The position numbers and the translations under genes were made by a program. A stretch of 64,000 bases of DNA from an uncultured Collinsella sp. GTDB taxonomy: Bacteria > Actinomycetota > Coriobacteriia > Coriobacteriales > Coriobacteriaceae. Below, piece by piece: positions 9,807 through 19,580 of the stretch; within the stretch, counting starts at the first letter, position 1, and every line of letters begins with the position of its first letter. The stretch covers positions 2,592 through 66,591 of the forward strand of contig CAJJZM010000001.1 in assembly GCA_905197595.1 (NCBI GenBank), written 5' to 3'. The notes under the pieces were generated by a model, which was given only the letters and a program-made list of their open reading frames with translations, was not told the origin of the DNA and made no database searches.

Positions 9807-10679
9807 ATGAGCGAGCAGGTTTGCGAGGCGGACATGGGCGGCGACGGAGCTGCGGGCGTGGATACGTACGGCTATCCGGTCGAGACTACGGGCAACGCGG
9901 TACTGGACATTTTGGAGCACCGCTCGTCCACGCGCGCTTTTGCGCGCGATGACGACGGCCGTCCCGTGGCGGTGACCGACGAGCAGCGGGCGGCGATCTT
10001 GCATGCGGCGAGTCGCGCGCCGTCGGCGGGCGCCATGATGATGTATTCCATCGTGAGCATTCGCGAGCAGGCTACGCTGGACCGTCTGGCCGACCTGTGC
10101 GATCACCAGCCCATGATCGCCAAGGCGCCCTGGGCACTTATATTTGTGGTCGATTATGCCAAGTGGATCGATCTGTTTGAGCACGTGGGCTGCTTTGAGC
10201 CCGAGTTTGTCGAGCGCACGGGCAAGGCGCCCCGCCCCGCGCCGGGTTTGGGCGACTTTGCCATCGCGGCGCAGGATGCCGTGATCGCCGCTCAAAACGC
10301 CGTGGTTGCCGCCGAGGCCCTGGGGCTGGGGAGCTGCTACATCGGTGATATCGTCGAGAACGCCGAGGAAGTTGCCGCACTGCTGGACTTGCCTGCCTAT
10401 ACCATGCCGCTGTCGATGCTCATCATCGGCACGCCCCGTAAGGAGCGCCCGGCAATCGCGCATCCCGTGGTGAACCTGGTGCACGAGGAGCGTTATTGTC
10501 GCGCCGACGCCGCGACGATGGATGCGCAGGTGGCCGAGATGGATGCGATGTTTCGCCCGCACGCCCGCGAGGTGGGCGAGCGCGTCATCGACATCTACAC
10601 CCGTAAGCACACGAGCCCCTTTATGGCCGAGATGAGCCGCTCTATGGAGTGGTGGTTCAAAAACTGGCTCGGAAAATGA
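9807..10679 (+). CDS. Nitroreductase family protein (NfsA/Frp-like)
   Basis: HRSSTRAF, RAPSAG and AQNAVVAAEALGLGSCYIG motifs. Confidence 0.9.
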   Translation: MSEQVCEADMGGDGAAGVDTYGYPVETTGNAVLDILEHRSSTRAFARDDDGRPVAVTDEQRAAILHAASRAPSAGAMMMYSIVSIREQATLDRLADLCDHQPMIAKAPWALIFVVDYAKWIDLFEHVGCFEPEFVERTGKAPRPAPGLGDFAIAAQDAVIAAQNAVVAAEALGLGSCYIGDIVENAEEVAALLDLPAYTMPLSMLIIGTPRKERPAIAHPVVNLVHEERYCRADAATMDAQVAEMDAMFRPHAREVGERVIDIYTRKHTSPFMAEMSRSMEWWFKNWLGK

Positions 10680-10680
10680 C

Positions 10681-10715
10681 GAATGTGACAAAGGGGGCGT
10701 CCCTTTGTCACATTC
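10681..10715. repeat. REP-like hairpin family B, copy 1
   Basis: GAATGTGACAAAGGG-ggcgt-CCCTTTGTCACATTC immediately after the stop codon. Confidence 0.85.
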
Positions 10716-10838
10716 CATATCGCCGCGGTGGCCTAAAGGCCGCATAAATGTTTATCTAGCTGGGAAAACGGTGCCATTAAAATATGGGCTGATTACATAT
10801 AATCCCGTCGAACGTTAAAATTGGGAGGAAACCGGCTT

Positions 10839-12866
10839 ATGGAACAAAAGGCAAAGGAAGTAGCCTCGCACGCTGCGATTCCTGTGAGCATCTCGGCGAT
10901 GCTCGTCACGCTGGGCGTGGTGTATGGCGATATCGGCACCAGCCCCATGTATGTAACCAAGGCGCTCGTTGCCGGCAACGGCGGCATCGGAAGCGTTACG
11001 CAGGAGTTCGTGCTCGGCGCGCTCTCCCTTGTCGTGTGGACGGTCACGCTGCTGACGACCGTCAAGTACGTGCTGATCTCGCTGCGCGCCGACAACCACG
11101 GCGAGGGCGGCATCTTTGCCCTGTACAGCCTGGTCAAGCGCTGCGGCAAGTGGCTCATCATCCCCGCCATGCTGGGCGGCGCGGCGCTCCTCGCCGACGG
11201 CATCCTGACGCCTGCCGTTACCGTCACCACGGCCATCGAGGGCCTGCGCACCATCCCGGCGGTCCATGCCGTGCTCGGTGACGACCAGGGTCGTGTCGTC
11301 GCCATCACGCTTGCCATCATCATCGCGCTCTTCTTGGTGCAGCGCATCGGCACGGCCAAGATCGGTCACGCCTTCGGTCCCATCATGACGCTGTGGTTTT
11401 TGTTCCTGGGCGGCACGGGCCTGTTCTTTGTCTGCCAGTATCCCGCGGTGCTGCTGTGCCTCAACCCGTTGCGTGGCATCGCTTTTCTGCTGAGCCCCAA
11501 CAACCATGCGGGCATCATGATTTTGGGCAGCTGCTTCCTCGCTACCACCGGTGCCGAGGCGCTCTATTCCGACATGGGCCATGTGGGCCGCGGCAATATC
11601 TATGCCACCTGGCCGTTCGTTAAGTGCTGCCTGCTGCTGTCCTACATGGGCCAGGGCGCGTGGCTTATCAACAACGCCGGCAACCCGGAGCTCATGGGTA
11701 TCGCCGACCTCAACCCCTTCTACCAGATGCTCGCCCCGGGTCTGCGCCCCTTTGCCGTCGGCCTTTCCACCGTCGCGGCCATCATCGCCTCGCAGGCGCT
11801 CATCACCGGCGCATTCTCGCTGGTGTCCGAGGCCAGCCGCCTGGACCTCATGCCGCATATGCAGGTCTTCTATCCTGCCGAGACCAAGGGCCAGCTCTAC
11901 ATCCCCATGGTCAACAACGTCATGCTCGTGGGTTGCGTCATCGTGGTGCTGCTGTTCCAGAACTCGGCGCACATGGAGGCTGCGTACGGCTTGGCTATTA
12001 CCCTGACCATGATGTGCACGACGCTGCTGCTCTTCTTCTATCTGCACGTGGAGCGCAAGCTCAAGGTTGCGCCGTGGATCTTTGCCGTCTTCTTCCTCAT
12101 GCTCGAGGGCTTCTTCTTTGTGAGCTCGCTCACCAAGTTCTTCCACGGCGGCTATTTCACCATCCTTATGGCTGCACTCATCATGGGCATTATGGTGTGC
12201 TGGTACAACGGCACGGCGGTCGAGCGGCGTCAGTTTACGCTGCTGCCGCTGCGCAGCTATCTGCCGCAGCTCAAGCGCCTGCGCGACGACGATCGCTACG
12301 AGCCTATGAGCGACAACATCGTGTACCTGACCAAGGACACCAACACCGACTACATCGACCGCGATATCGTCTACTCGATTCTGGACAAGCATCCCAAGCG
12401 TGCCCGCGCCTGGTGGTTCGTGAACGTCGAGACCATGGACGAGCCGCATACCTTTGCCTATTCGGTCGAGACGTTTGGCACCGACTATGTTTTCCGTGTG
12501 CATTTGTACCTGGGCTACAAGGTTAACCAGCGCGTGAACGCCTACCTGCGCCAGGTTGTTCAGGATCTGGCCGCCACTGGCGAGCTGCCGCCGCAGATGC
12601 ACGACTACTCGGTCTACAAGGATCCGGGCAACATCGGCACGTTTAAGTTCGTCATGATCCGCAAGCTCCTGGCGCCCGAGAGTGACGTGGAGCCGAGCGA
12701 GCGCACGGCAATCACGCTCAAGTACATCATCCGCCGCTTTGCCGGTACGCCGGCGCGCTGGTATGGCCTGGAGAACTCCAACGTGAGCTTTGAGTATGTG
12801 CCGCTGTTCACCAAGTTCAAGGCTGTGAACAAGATGCAGCGTCTGGCTCCCAACGAGCGCCCGTAG
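10839..12866 (+). CDS. kup: KUP/HAK/KT potassium transporter
   Basis: LGVVYGDIGTSPMY, ADNHGEGGIFALY, TGAEALYSDMGH and GQLYIP signatures. ATG 10839 follows GGAGG. Confidence 0.95.
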   Translation: MEQKAKEVASHAAIPVSISAMLVTLGVVYGDIGTSPMYVTKALVAGNGGIGSVTQEFVLGALSLVVWTVTLLTTVKYVLISLRADNHGEGGIFALYSLVKRCGKWLIIPAMLGGAALLADGILTPAVTVTTAIEGLRTIPAVHAVLGDDQGRVVAITLAIIIALFLVQRIGTAKIGHAFGPIMTLWFLFLGGTGLFFVCQYPAVLLCLNPLRGIAFLLSPNNHAGIMILGSCFLATTGAEALYSDMGHVGRGNIYATWPFVKCCLLLSYMGQGAWLINNAGNPELMGIADLNPFYQMLAPGLRPFAVGLSTVAAIIASQALITGAFSLVSEASRLDLMPHMQVFYPAETKGQLYIPMVNNVMLVGCVIVVLLFQNSAHMEAAYGLAITLTMMCTTLLLFFYLHVERKLKVAPWIFAVFFLMLEGFFFVSSLTKFFHGGYFTILMAALIMGIMVCWYNGTAVERRQFTLLPLRSYLPQLKRLRDDDRYEPMSDNIVYLTKDTNTDYIDRDIVYSILDKHPKRARAWWFVNVETMDEPHTFAYSVETFGTDYVFRVHLYLGYKVNQRVNAYLRQVVQDLAATGELPPQMHDYSVYKDPGNIGTFKFVMIRKLLAPESDVEPSERTAITLKYIIRRFAGTPARWYGLENSNVSFEYVPLFTKFKAVNKMQRLAPNERP

Positions 12867-12935
12867 TCGACACCCGAGATTTGACTGTGAACGGGCAGGT
12901 TTGCAATGACGGGAAATGAGTCAGGGGAGAAAACC

Positions 12936-13130
12936 ATGGACGCAAAGACGCTTAACGGTCGCGATCTTGCGGCCGAGCTGGTGCGCGAGGCACGCGCCGA
13001 CGCCGCCGAAGATCGGTTCTTTACGAACCGTGCCAACATGGACATGGCCGATCGCGTGATTTCGATCGTGGCACTGGTATTTGGAGCGGTGTGCGTGTGT
13101 GCCCTGCTCGCGCACGTGCTGTTTGTCTAG
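12936..13130 (+). CDS. Small hypothetical protein with one C-terminal TM helix
   Basis: GGAGA RBS before ATG 12936; hydrophobic C-terminus; followed by a terminator-like hairpin. Confidence 0.6.
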   Translation: MDAKTLNGRDLAAELVREARADAAEDRFFTNRANMDMADRVISIVALVFGAVCVCALLAHVLFV

Positions 13131-13177
13131 CGACCGCGGGCTGCAAAGGCTATAGACTTGAAACCACCACAAGGGAG

Positions 13178-13224
13178 AACCACCACAAAGGTGCACTGTC
13201 CCCTTTGTGGTGGTTTTTGTTTTT
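13178..13224 (+). terminator. Intrinsic terminator-like hairpin
   Basis: AACCACCACAAAGG...CCTTTGTGGTGGTT followed by a T-run. Confidence 0.65.
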
Positions 13225-13244
13225 GAGAGAGGGGCGGGGCGCTG

Positions 13245-14870
13245 ATGGACGTCCGTGCGGACGGCGATATTGCCGAGAACTTTTGGTGGCGGCGCACAAC
13301 GCTGACGCGTCGCAGCCCCCTGTATGACGCCTGCGTATCGGTGGGGCTGCTGGTCGCGGCGACGATTGTGGGCGCGCTGCTCGACCATCCGGGTCTCGCG
13401 CCGAGCATCATGATCGTCTATGTGTTCGCCGTTCAGCTGTGCGCATTCTTTACCTGGAGTCGCCTGTATTGCTTGCTGAGCTCGGCTGCCGCCGTGGCGC
13501 TCTACAACTTCTTATTTGTCGGCCCGCGCTACTCGCTGTCGTTTATCGACCGCGTCTATCCCGGCATGTTCTTTATCATGTTCGTGGTCTCGCTTGTGTC
13601 GAGCTCGATTGCGTTGGCCCTGCGCCGTGCCTTGGCGCAGGCTGCCGCCAGCGACCGCCGCACGCATATGGTGCTCGAGACCAACCGCATGCTGCAGCGG
13701 TGCGCCGATCAGCAGCAGATTGTCCATGCCATGGCAACGCAGCTGGCGCGTCTTTCGGGCTGTCCGGTCGTGTGGTACAGCGCCGACGCCGAGGGCGATG
13801 ACCTGCTGCCGCGTGCGACATACACGGCCGTGGGCGATGCCGCGCCGGTGCATGAACTGGCGCCGCAGATGCCGCCGCGGCTCTCGGCGTCCGCCTATGT
13901 GGGAACGCCGCTCGATGCCACCTATGGCGGCTCGGCGTTTTATGGCATATACCTTACGGTGCGCATGGGCGACAGCATGGTGCGCTCGGGCGACCCCGCC
14001 TCGGTGGTAGGTGTGCTGGCTATTGTTGCCAAGCCCGATGCGCTGACACTCGAGGAGCGGACGCTTGCCGATGCCATCGTGAGCGAGGGCGAGTTGGCGG
14101 TCGACCGCGCCCGAGCCATGGAGGCGCGCGAGGAGGCGGCGGTGCTTGCCAAAAATGAGCAGCTGCGCGCCAACCTGCTGCGCTCCATCTCGCATGATCT
14201 GCGCACGCCGCTTACCAGTATTTCGGGTAATGCCGACGTGCTGCTCGATCAGGGCTCGACCGGCACCGCGGTGCTCGATGCCCAGACGCGCCGCGGCCTG
14301 CTTCTATCCATTCGCTCGGATGCGCTGTGGCTCAACGCCACCGTCGAGAATCTGCTCGCCATCACCAAGCTCGAGGGTGGCGGTATGCGCCTGTCGACCA
14401 CGCTCGAGCTCATGGACGATATCGTCGAGGAGGCGCTGCGCCACGTGAACCCTGCCGTGCGCGAGCACGACCTTAAGGTGGTGGCGTGCGATGAGCCGGC
14501 GCTCGTCAACGTCGATGCACGCCTGATGGTGCAGCTGGTGGTCAATCTGGTGAACAACGCCATCACCTATACGCCCGCGGGCTCGCATATCATGATTTCG
14601 ATTGGCGTCGACGATGGACGCGTGGCGTGCTCGGTGGCCGATGATGGTCCGGGCATCGCACCCGAGGATCGCGAGCGGATCTTCGAGTCGTTCTATACCG
14701 CCAACCATGGTCTGGCCGACAGCCACCGCAGCGTTGGCTTGGGTCTTTCGCTCTGCCGTTCCATTGCGTTGGCACATGGCGGTAGCATAGAGGTTGCCGC
14801 GGCGGACCCGCACGGTTCGGTCTTTACGATTGAACTTCCCGCCGCCGACGTTTCGTTTGATAAGGAGTAG
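13245..14870 (+). CDS. kdpD: KdpD-like sensor histidine kinase lacking the N-terminal KdpD/USP domains
   Basis: 4-TM DUF4118-like region (YNFLFVGPRYSL), EQLRANLLRSISHDLRTPLTSI H-box, and N/G1/F/G2 boxes. Confidence 0.8.
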   Translation: MDVRADGDIAENFWWRRTTLTRRSPLYDACVSVGLLVAATIVGALLDHPGLAPSIMIVYVFAVQLCAFFTWSRLYCLLSSAAAVALYNFLFVGPRYSLSFIDRVYPGMFFIMFVVSLVSSSIALALRRALAQAAASDRRTHMVLETNRMLQRCADQQQIVHAMATQLARLSGCPVVWYSADAEGDDLLPRATYTAVGDAAPVHELAPQMPPRLSASAYVGTPLDATYGGSAFYGIYLTVRMGDSMVRSGDPASVVGVLAIVAKPDALTLEERTLADAIVSEGELAVDRARAMEAREEAAVLAKNEQLRANLLRSISHDLRTPLTSISGNADVLLDQGSTGTAVLDAQTRRGLLLSIRSDALWLNATVENLLAITKLEGGGMRLSTTLELMDDIVEEALRHVNPAVREHDLKVVACDEPALVNVDARLMVQLVVNLVNNAITYTPAGSHIMISIGVDDGRVACSVADDGPGIAPEDRERIFESFYTANHGLADSHRSVGLGLSLCRSIALAHGGSIEVAAADPHGSVFTIELPAADVSFDKE

Positions 14871-14874
14871 CGCT

Positions 14875-15588
14875 GTGCCGAACTCTGCCGTAAAACCGCT
14901 CATCTTGGTCGTTGAGGACGACCCCGCCGTTCGCAATCTTATTGTTGCCGCGCTCGAGGCGCACGGCTTGCGTCATATGGCCGTGGAGACCGCCCATGCT
15001 GCCATCGCCGCCGCCTCGTCGCAGGCGCCGAGCATTGTGCTGCTCGATCTGGGCCTGCCCGATATGGACGGCGTCAAGGTGGTGGAGTCGGTGCGCGCAT
15101 GGTCGGGCATGCCGATTATCGTGGTCTCGGCGCGCAGCGAGGATGCGGACAAGATTCGCGCGCTCGATGCCGGCGCCGACGACTACCTGACCAAGCCGTT
15201 TTCGGTCGAGGAGCTGCTCGCGCGCATCCGCACGACGCTCAGGCGCCTTTCGTATGCGCAATCGGGCGGCGTTGCCTCCGAGGGCTCGTTCGATGCCGGT
15301 GAGCTGCATATCGATTTTGATGCCGGCATCGCCACGATGGATGGCGAGGAACTGCATCTGACACCGATCGAGTACAAGCTCCTGTGCCTGCTGGCACATA
15401 ATGCCGACAAGGTGCTGACGCACCAATTTATCCTGCACGAGATTTGGGGAACGGCGACTAAGAGCGACCTGGCGAGCCTGCGTGTCTTTATGGGTACGCT
15501 GCGCAAGAAGATCGAATCCGACCCCGCGCATCCGCGCTATATCCAGACGCATGTGGGTATTGGCTATCGCCTGGTCACCCAAGGCTAG
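14875..15588 (+). CDS. kdpE: KdpE-like OmpR-family response regulator
   Basis: LVVEDD, LLDLGLPDMDG, GADDYLTKPF and LRKKIESDPAHPRYIQTHVGIGY. Probable GTG start at 14875. Confidence 0.88.
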   Translation: MPNSAVKPLILVVEDDPAVRNLIVAALEAHGLRHMAVETAHAAIAAASSQAPSIVLLDLGLPDMDGVKVVESVRAWSGMPIIVVSARSEDADKIRALDAGADDYLTKPFSVEELLARIRTTLRRLSYAQSGGVASEGSFDAGELHIDFDAGIATMDGEELHLTPIEYKLLCLLAHNADKVLTHQFILHEIWGTATKSDLASLRVFMGTLRKKIESDPAHPRYIQTHVGIGYRLVTQG

Positions 15589-15682
15589 ATCGCCAACCAT
15601 CATCCCAATATGAGTTGCGGTGAAATACGGTCTGAATTTGCCTAATTCCAGGCAAAACAGTCCGTATTCCACCGCATTTTTG

Positions 15683-18250
15683 TTACTTGCCCTTGGGCTT
15701 GCTGGCGTAGAACTTCTTCTTTTTGGGCTTGCCTGAGCAGGCGGGCTTGTCGTCGCCGTGCGGTCCTCGGACGCCGGCCTGCGCGTGCGCGGGCGATGCT
15801 GCGCGAGGCTTGCGGGCTCCGGGGTTGCGCAGTTCCTCGACGCGCTCAGCAATTTCCTCGGCGCTAAAGCCGGCTTCGGCCATGGCGTCCTCGATGGGCA
15901 GGCGGCGCACGATATAGCAATGATGCACCTTCTGGTTGCGCGCGAAGTCCTCGGGGATGGTCTGCACCGTAATGTCCTCCAGCACCACGCCCGCGCGTGC
16001 GAGCTTGCGCGTTTCGGGGCGGAAGCCGCGCAGGTTGCAGCTAAAGATGGCATGGCCGCCCTGCGCGAGCAGGCGCGATACGCCGGCCAAAAGCTCAACA
16101 TGGTCACGCTGGACATCCCAGGTGCGGCGGCCCATCTTGGACGAGTTCGAGAACGTGGGCGGGTCGACAAAGATCAGGTCCCAGCGGTTGCGCGTCTGGC
16201 GCTGGTCGCGAATCCAGGCGAGCACGTCGTCGCGCACAAAATGATGCTGAGGCCCCACAAAGCCGTTCTGGCGCATGTTGCGCTCGGCCCAGTCCAGATA
16301 GGTGTTGGAGAGGTCGACCGTCACGGTCTCCTCGACGCCGCCGTCTGCCGCATAGCAGGTGGCAGTGCCGGTGTAGGCAAACAGGTTGAGGAAGCGGCGC
16401 GCCTGCTTGGCGTGCTCGCGCACTAGGCTGCGGGTGACGCGGTGGTCCAAGAAGATGCCCACGTCCAGATAGTCGTCAAAGTTGACGGCAAAGGTGAGGC
16501 CGCCCTCTTCGATGAGCGGCAGGCGACGGCGCGCGATGTTGGCGCGTTCGCCCGATCCGCCCTTGCCGGCGCCCTGCTTGCCGTACTGCGAGCCGCCACG
16601 CGAACGCATGCGGGCCTTGGCGTGCACGTGTTCGGCCGGAACATCCAGGATGCGCGGCGCGATGGCCAAGATGTCGAGCATGCGGGCCTGGGCCAGTGCG
16701 GGGTCGATGGTCTTAGGCGCGGCGTATTCGGCGATGACGAGCCAGCGGCCCGGCGTCTGCGGGCAACCCTCGTACAGATCGATGGCGGCGGAGTAGTCGG
16801 GCAGGTCGGCATCGTAGATGCGGTAGCAGCTCACGCCCTCGCGCTTGGCCCACTTGCGGCGCAGGCGTGCGTTCTTGCGCAGGCGGTTGGCGAACTGTTC
16901 GGATTCGGGGATGAGCACGGGCAGCGGCTTGCCGTCGCCCAGGTCGAGCGTGGCAGCGGGCTCGGGCATGGCGGAAGCTGCGGCCTCATCGTTGACTTCG
17001 TTGGCATCCGCAACCTCGGCCTCGGCATCCGCGCTGGTCGCAGCCTCAAACGCTGCGGCGGCGTGGTCGAGCGAGGGCCAAACCTCGATAGTCGCCTCTT
17101 CGTTGTTGGGCATGACGGCAATGGAGCGCGCGGGCTCGGCATGGAGCGCGCGGGCCATAAGGCCGTCGCGGGTGAGGGCGGCGACCGGCGCGGCGGTAAG
17201 CTCGGGCGCGCGACGCAGCTCGCCGACCAGCGTCATGGCGTCATGCATAAGCGACAGCGGTGTCTCGGTCGTATCCGCGACGAGGGCGGCACCGGCGACG
17301 GCGCCCGCGTGGTCCAGTACGGTGGCAGATTTGGCGGCGCAAAAATCGACAAAGCGCTTGTAACCGGCGCACTTGACCATGCGCTCGGCGGTCTTGCGGG
17401 CGGCGGGGTCGATGTCCGCGGCCACGATGCGCGCCTGGCGCTCACGCGCTGCCGCCTCGCGCCCGCGTGCCTCGGCAAGCAACTGCTCCCATAGGGCGGC
17501 ATCGTGCAGCTGCCAGCCCTCAAAGCCCCAGCGCTCGCGTGCGGCGCCCGGGGCGCGGTCGGTCAGAATGTTCACGGCCTCTAGCAGCAGACCGCCGCCA
17601 GCGCATGAGGCGTCGACCAGCGTGGGCAGAGCCTCGTTCTCGTAATCGTCGGCCGTCAGCTCGCGCTCGCATAGCGCGGTCCAGCCGACCTGCGAAAGCA
17701 CCAGGGCGGCGTAGTCGGGGCGCAGCACGTGCGTACCCTCGCCGGCGCGGGTCGCGGCAGGCGGCAGGCGTTTGAATAACGGATCGCCCGAAAGGTCCAG
17801 GCTTATGCTCGCACGGCGCTGACGCAGCGAAAGCAGCAGGTGAACGTCGGGATCGGCGGCATCGACATCGGCGCGACGGCCTGTGGTCTCGGCCAGGCGA
17901 TCGCACAATGCGTCCTTGGCGCGCAGGGCAGAGAAGCGCGTGTTGCGCAGCTGCTCGGTCACACCACGGGCAGTGATGGCAATGGTGGCGCCGCAGCGGA
18001 CGATGTTTTCCCAGGCAATGTCGTAAACGGCATCGTACAGCTCGTCGGCATCCTGTGCCTCAAAGCGTCCGAGCACCACAAACACGCGGCTGGCCAGGCG
18101 CGACCACAGACAGGCGCGGTAGCCTTCTTCGAGCTCGCCCTCAAACGTAGCGCGGCCCTTCAGGCGGCGGACATGCGAAAGCCCGAGCCACTTGAGCTCG
18201 TCGGCGAGTGCGGACTCAAAGCCCTCGGGGCAGCTTGCGTAAAATTCCAT
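15683..18250 (-). CDS. rlmKL: Bifunctional 23S rRNA methyltransferase RlmKL
   Basis: CLWSRLASRV plus THUMP region; FANRLRKN, YRIYDADLP, GIFLDHR, FLNLFAYTG and DPPTFSNS. Start MEFYASC at 18250. Confidence 0.9.
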   Translation of the reverse strand: MEFYASCPEGFESALADELKWLGLSHVRRLKGRATFEGELEEGYRACLWSRLASRVFVVLGRFEAQDADELYDAVYDIAWENIVRCGATIAITARGVTEQLRNTRFSALRAKDALCDRLAETTGRRADVDAADPDVHLLLSLRQRRASISLDLSGDPLFKRLPPAATRAGEGTHVLRPDYAALVLSQVGWTALCERELTADDYENEALPTLVDASCAGGGLLLEAVNILTDRAPGAARERWGFEGWQLHDAALWEQLLAEARGREAAARERQARIVAADIDPAARKTAERMVKCAGYKRFVDFCAAKSATVLDHAGAVAGAALVADTTETPLSLMHDAMTLVGELRRAPELTAAPVAALTRDGLMARALHAEPARSIAVMPNNEEATIEVWPSLDHAAAAFEAATSADAEAEVADANEVNDEAAASAMPEPAATLDLGDGKPLPVLIPESEQFANRLRKNARLRRKWAKREGVSCYRIYDADLPDYSAAIDLYEGCPQTPGRWLVIAEYAAPKTIDPALAQARMLDILAIAPRILDVPAEHVHAKARMRSRGGSQYGKQGAGKGGSGERANIARRRLPLIEEGGLTFAVNFDDYLDVGIFLDHRVTRSLVREHAKQARRFLNLFAYTGTATCYAADGGVEETVTVDLSNTYLDWAERNMRQNGFVGPQHHFVRDDVLAWIRDQRQTRNRWDLIFVDPPTFSNSSKMGRRTWDVQRDHVELLAGVSRLLAQGGHAIFSCNLRGFRPETRKLARAGVVLEDITVQTIPEDFARNQKVHHCYIVRRLPIEDAMAEAGFSAEEIAERVEELRNPGARKPRAASPAHAQAGVRGPHGDDKPACSGKPKKKKFYASKPKGK

Positions 18251-18325
18251 GGGTGACCTCTCTGGTTGCGTCGCTCCATTATATGATGGATGCTTCGTTT
18301 GCCATCGCCCTCGAAAGGAACCCAT

Positions 18326-18340
18326 ATGATTGATGCGTGC
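18326..18340 (+). pseudogene. Possible 5' stub (MIDAC) of a disrupted native Cof-type HAD gene
   Basis: AAAGGA RBS then ATG ATT GAT GCG TGC, resembling the start that precedes the HAD FxDxDGT motif, which is then absent. Matching-strand 3' remnant at 27896. Confidence 0.4.
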
Positions 18341-18501
18341 CCCTTGATTCCCATTTTCATTGCAACGGCCTCAGGACTCGGGGCCTCGCACAGGCTCCCG
18401 CCGCCTTACAGAACTGAAAGCTGGGCGTAGGGCAAATCTATGGCACGTGACCTGCGATTGCTCGGCCATAGATGGCGTAATCGAGGCTAAGGGAGTGCAT
18501 C

Positions 18502-18651
18502 ATGCGCAAGGGAAACGAGAGCTGGTTCTGGCACGCGAACGACATGGTGGTGACGGGCGACATGAACCCCGTGGTCCGCGTCCTGTGGGCCGCGCTCATC
18601 GTAGGCATCGGCGTCGCGACGATGGCCACGCTCTGGATCGTCACGAGGTAG
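18502..18651 (+). CDS. 49-aa single-TM small protein (not in the ORF track)
   Basis: AAGGGAG RBS; MRKGNESWFWHANDMVVTGDMNPVVRVLWAALIVGIGVATMATLWIVTR*; GC-rich third positions. Confidence 0.55.
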   Translation: MRKGNESWFWHANDMVVTGDMNPVVRVLWAALIVGIGVATMATLWIVTR

Positions 18652-18703
18652 CGCGCCACGAACGGATGACGAGGCACGCGGCGCATGCCACGCTGGCGGA
18701 ACC

Positions 18704-19558
18704 CTAGCCTCGCTGCTGGACAATCTGTTCGATGAGCTTCGCGACGGAGTCCTCGGCTGCGTTCCCGATCAGGTGATGGGCCGCGGCCTTCGCCTCTGGC
18801 ATCGCGCCCGCGACTGCGTAGGAGTTCGGCACCTTTTCGAGGAGCGTCACGTCGTTTTCCGAGTCTCCGATAAAAGCGACCTCGTCCAGCGTGACCCCAA
18901 GGCTGCCGAGAAGCGCGTCGAGTCCGTTTACCTTGCTCCAGCCAGCCGGAACAACATCGAGGAAGAATGGGACGGGCGAGGGGAAATCAAGTTCTGGGCA
19001 GGCTTCCTTGCATCGACTCCGAACGACTTCCGTCGGGGCGGAGCTGACGTTGACGAAGATGCCGGCGGTTATGACGTCACGGTTCGTGGGCACGTCTCCG
19101 AGCGCCATGTCTCTTCCGGAGTCCTTAACGACTTCCAGGGCGAATTCGTCGCCAGGCTCGACGGCGCAGAGGAACTGCTCGCAGCGCTTGCCTGTCTCAT
19201 CGACATCGGCGACTAGCCAGAGTGACGTCCCCGCGTAGGGGCGTACAGCGCTATCGAGCTTGACGAGGGCCTCCGTCGAGAGCGTCTTTTTGAACACGAG
19301 TTCGCCGCTGGAGAAGACCTTCTTTCCGTTGGCCATGATGCCGGTCGAGAAACAGCGCGCGTCGCCGTCAAAGGCATCGGCCAGGTCGGCGTAGTCGCGC
19401 CCGCTTGCGGGGCCGAACGCGATGCCCGCATCGAGCGCCGAAAGAATCGCGCTGTGCGTGCGCTCCGATACGACCCTTGAGCCAAACGGCAACAGGGTCC
19501 CATCCATGTCTGCGAGGATGAGCTTTATCAAGGGGTCCTCCCGTTTCGGTCTGGGCAT
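18704..19558 (-). CDS. Cof-type HAD-IIB phosphatase
   Basis: LILADMDGTLL, ASGR, SK and IGDSENDV motifs. Confidence 0.9.
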   Translation of the reverse strand: MPRPKREDPLIKLILADMDGTLLPFGSRVVSERTHSAILSALDAGIAFGPASGRDYADLADAFDGDARCFSTGIMANGKKVFSSGELVFKKTLSTEALVKLDSAVRPYAGTSLWLVADVDETGKRCEQFLCAVEPGDEFALEVVKDSGRDMALGDVPTNRDVITAGIFVNVSSAPTEVVRSRCKEACPELDFPSPVPFFLDVVPAGWSKVNGLDALLGSLGVTLDEVAFIGDSENDVTLLEKVPNSYAVAGAMPEAKAAAHHLIGNAAEDSVAKLIEQIVQQRG

Positions 19559-19580
19559 CGGTGCGCCGGCGTGCGTCGTC

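Noticed and set aside
10716..10838. c-di-AMP (ydaO) riboswitch ahead of kup
   Set aside because: The leader is short and I could not recognise the aptamer. An Infernal search with the ydaO-yuaA model would settle it.
18400..18480. c-di-GMP-I riboswitch (GGGCAAA seen at about 18430)
   Set aside because: The downstream GAAA stem and ACGCAAA elements are absent.
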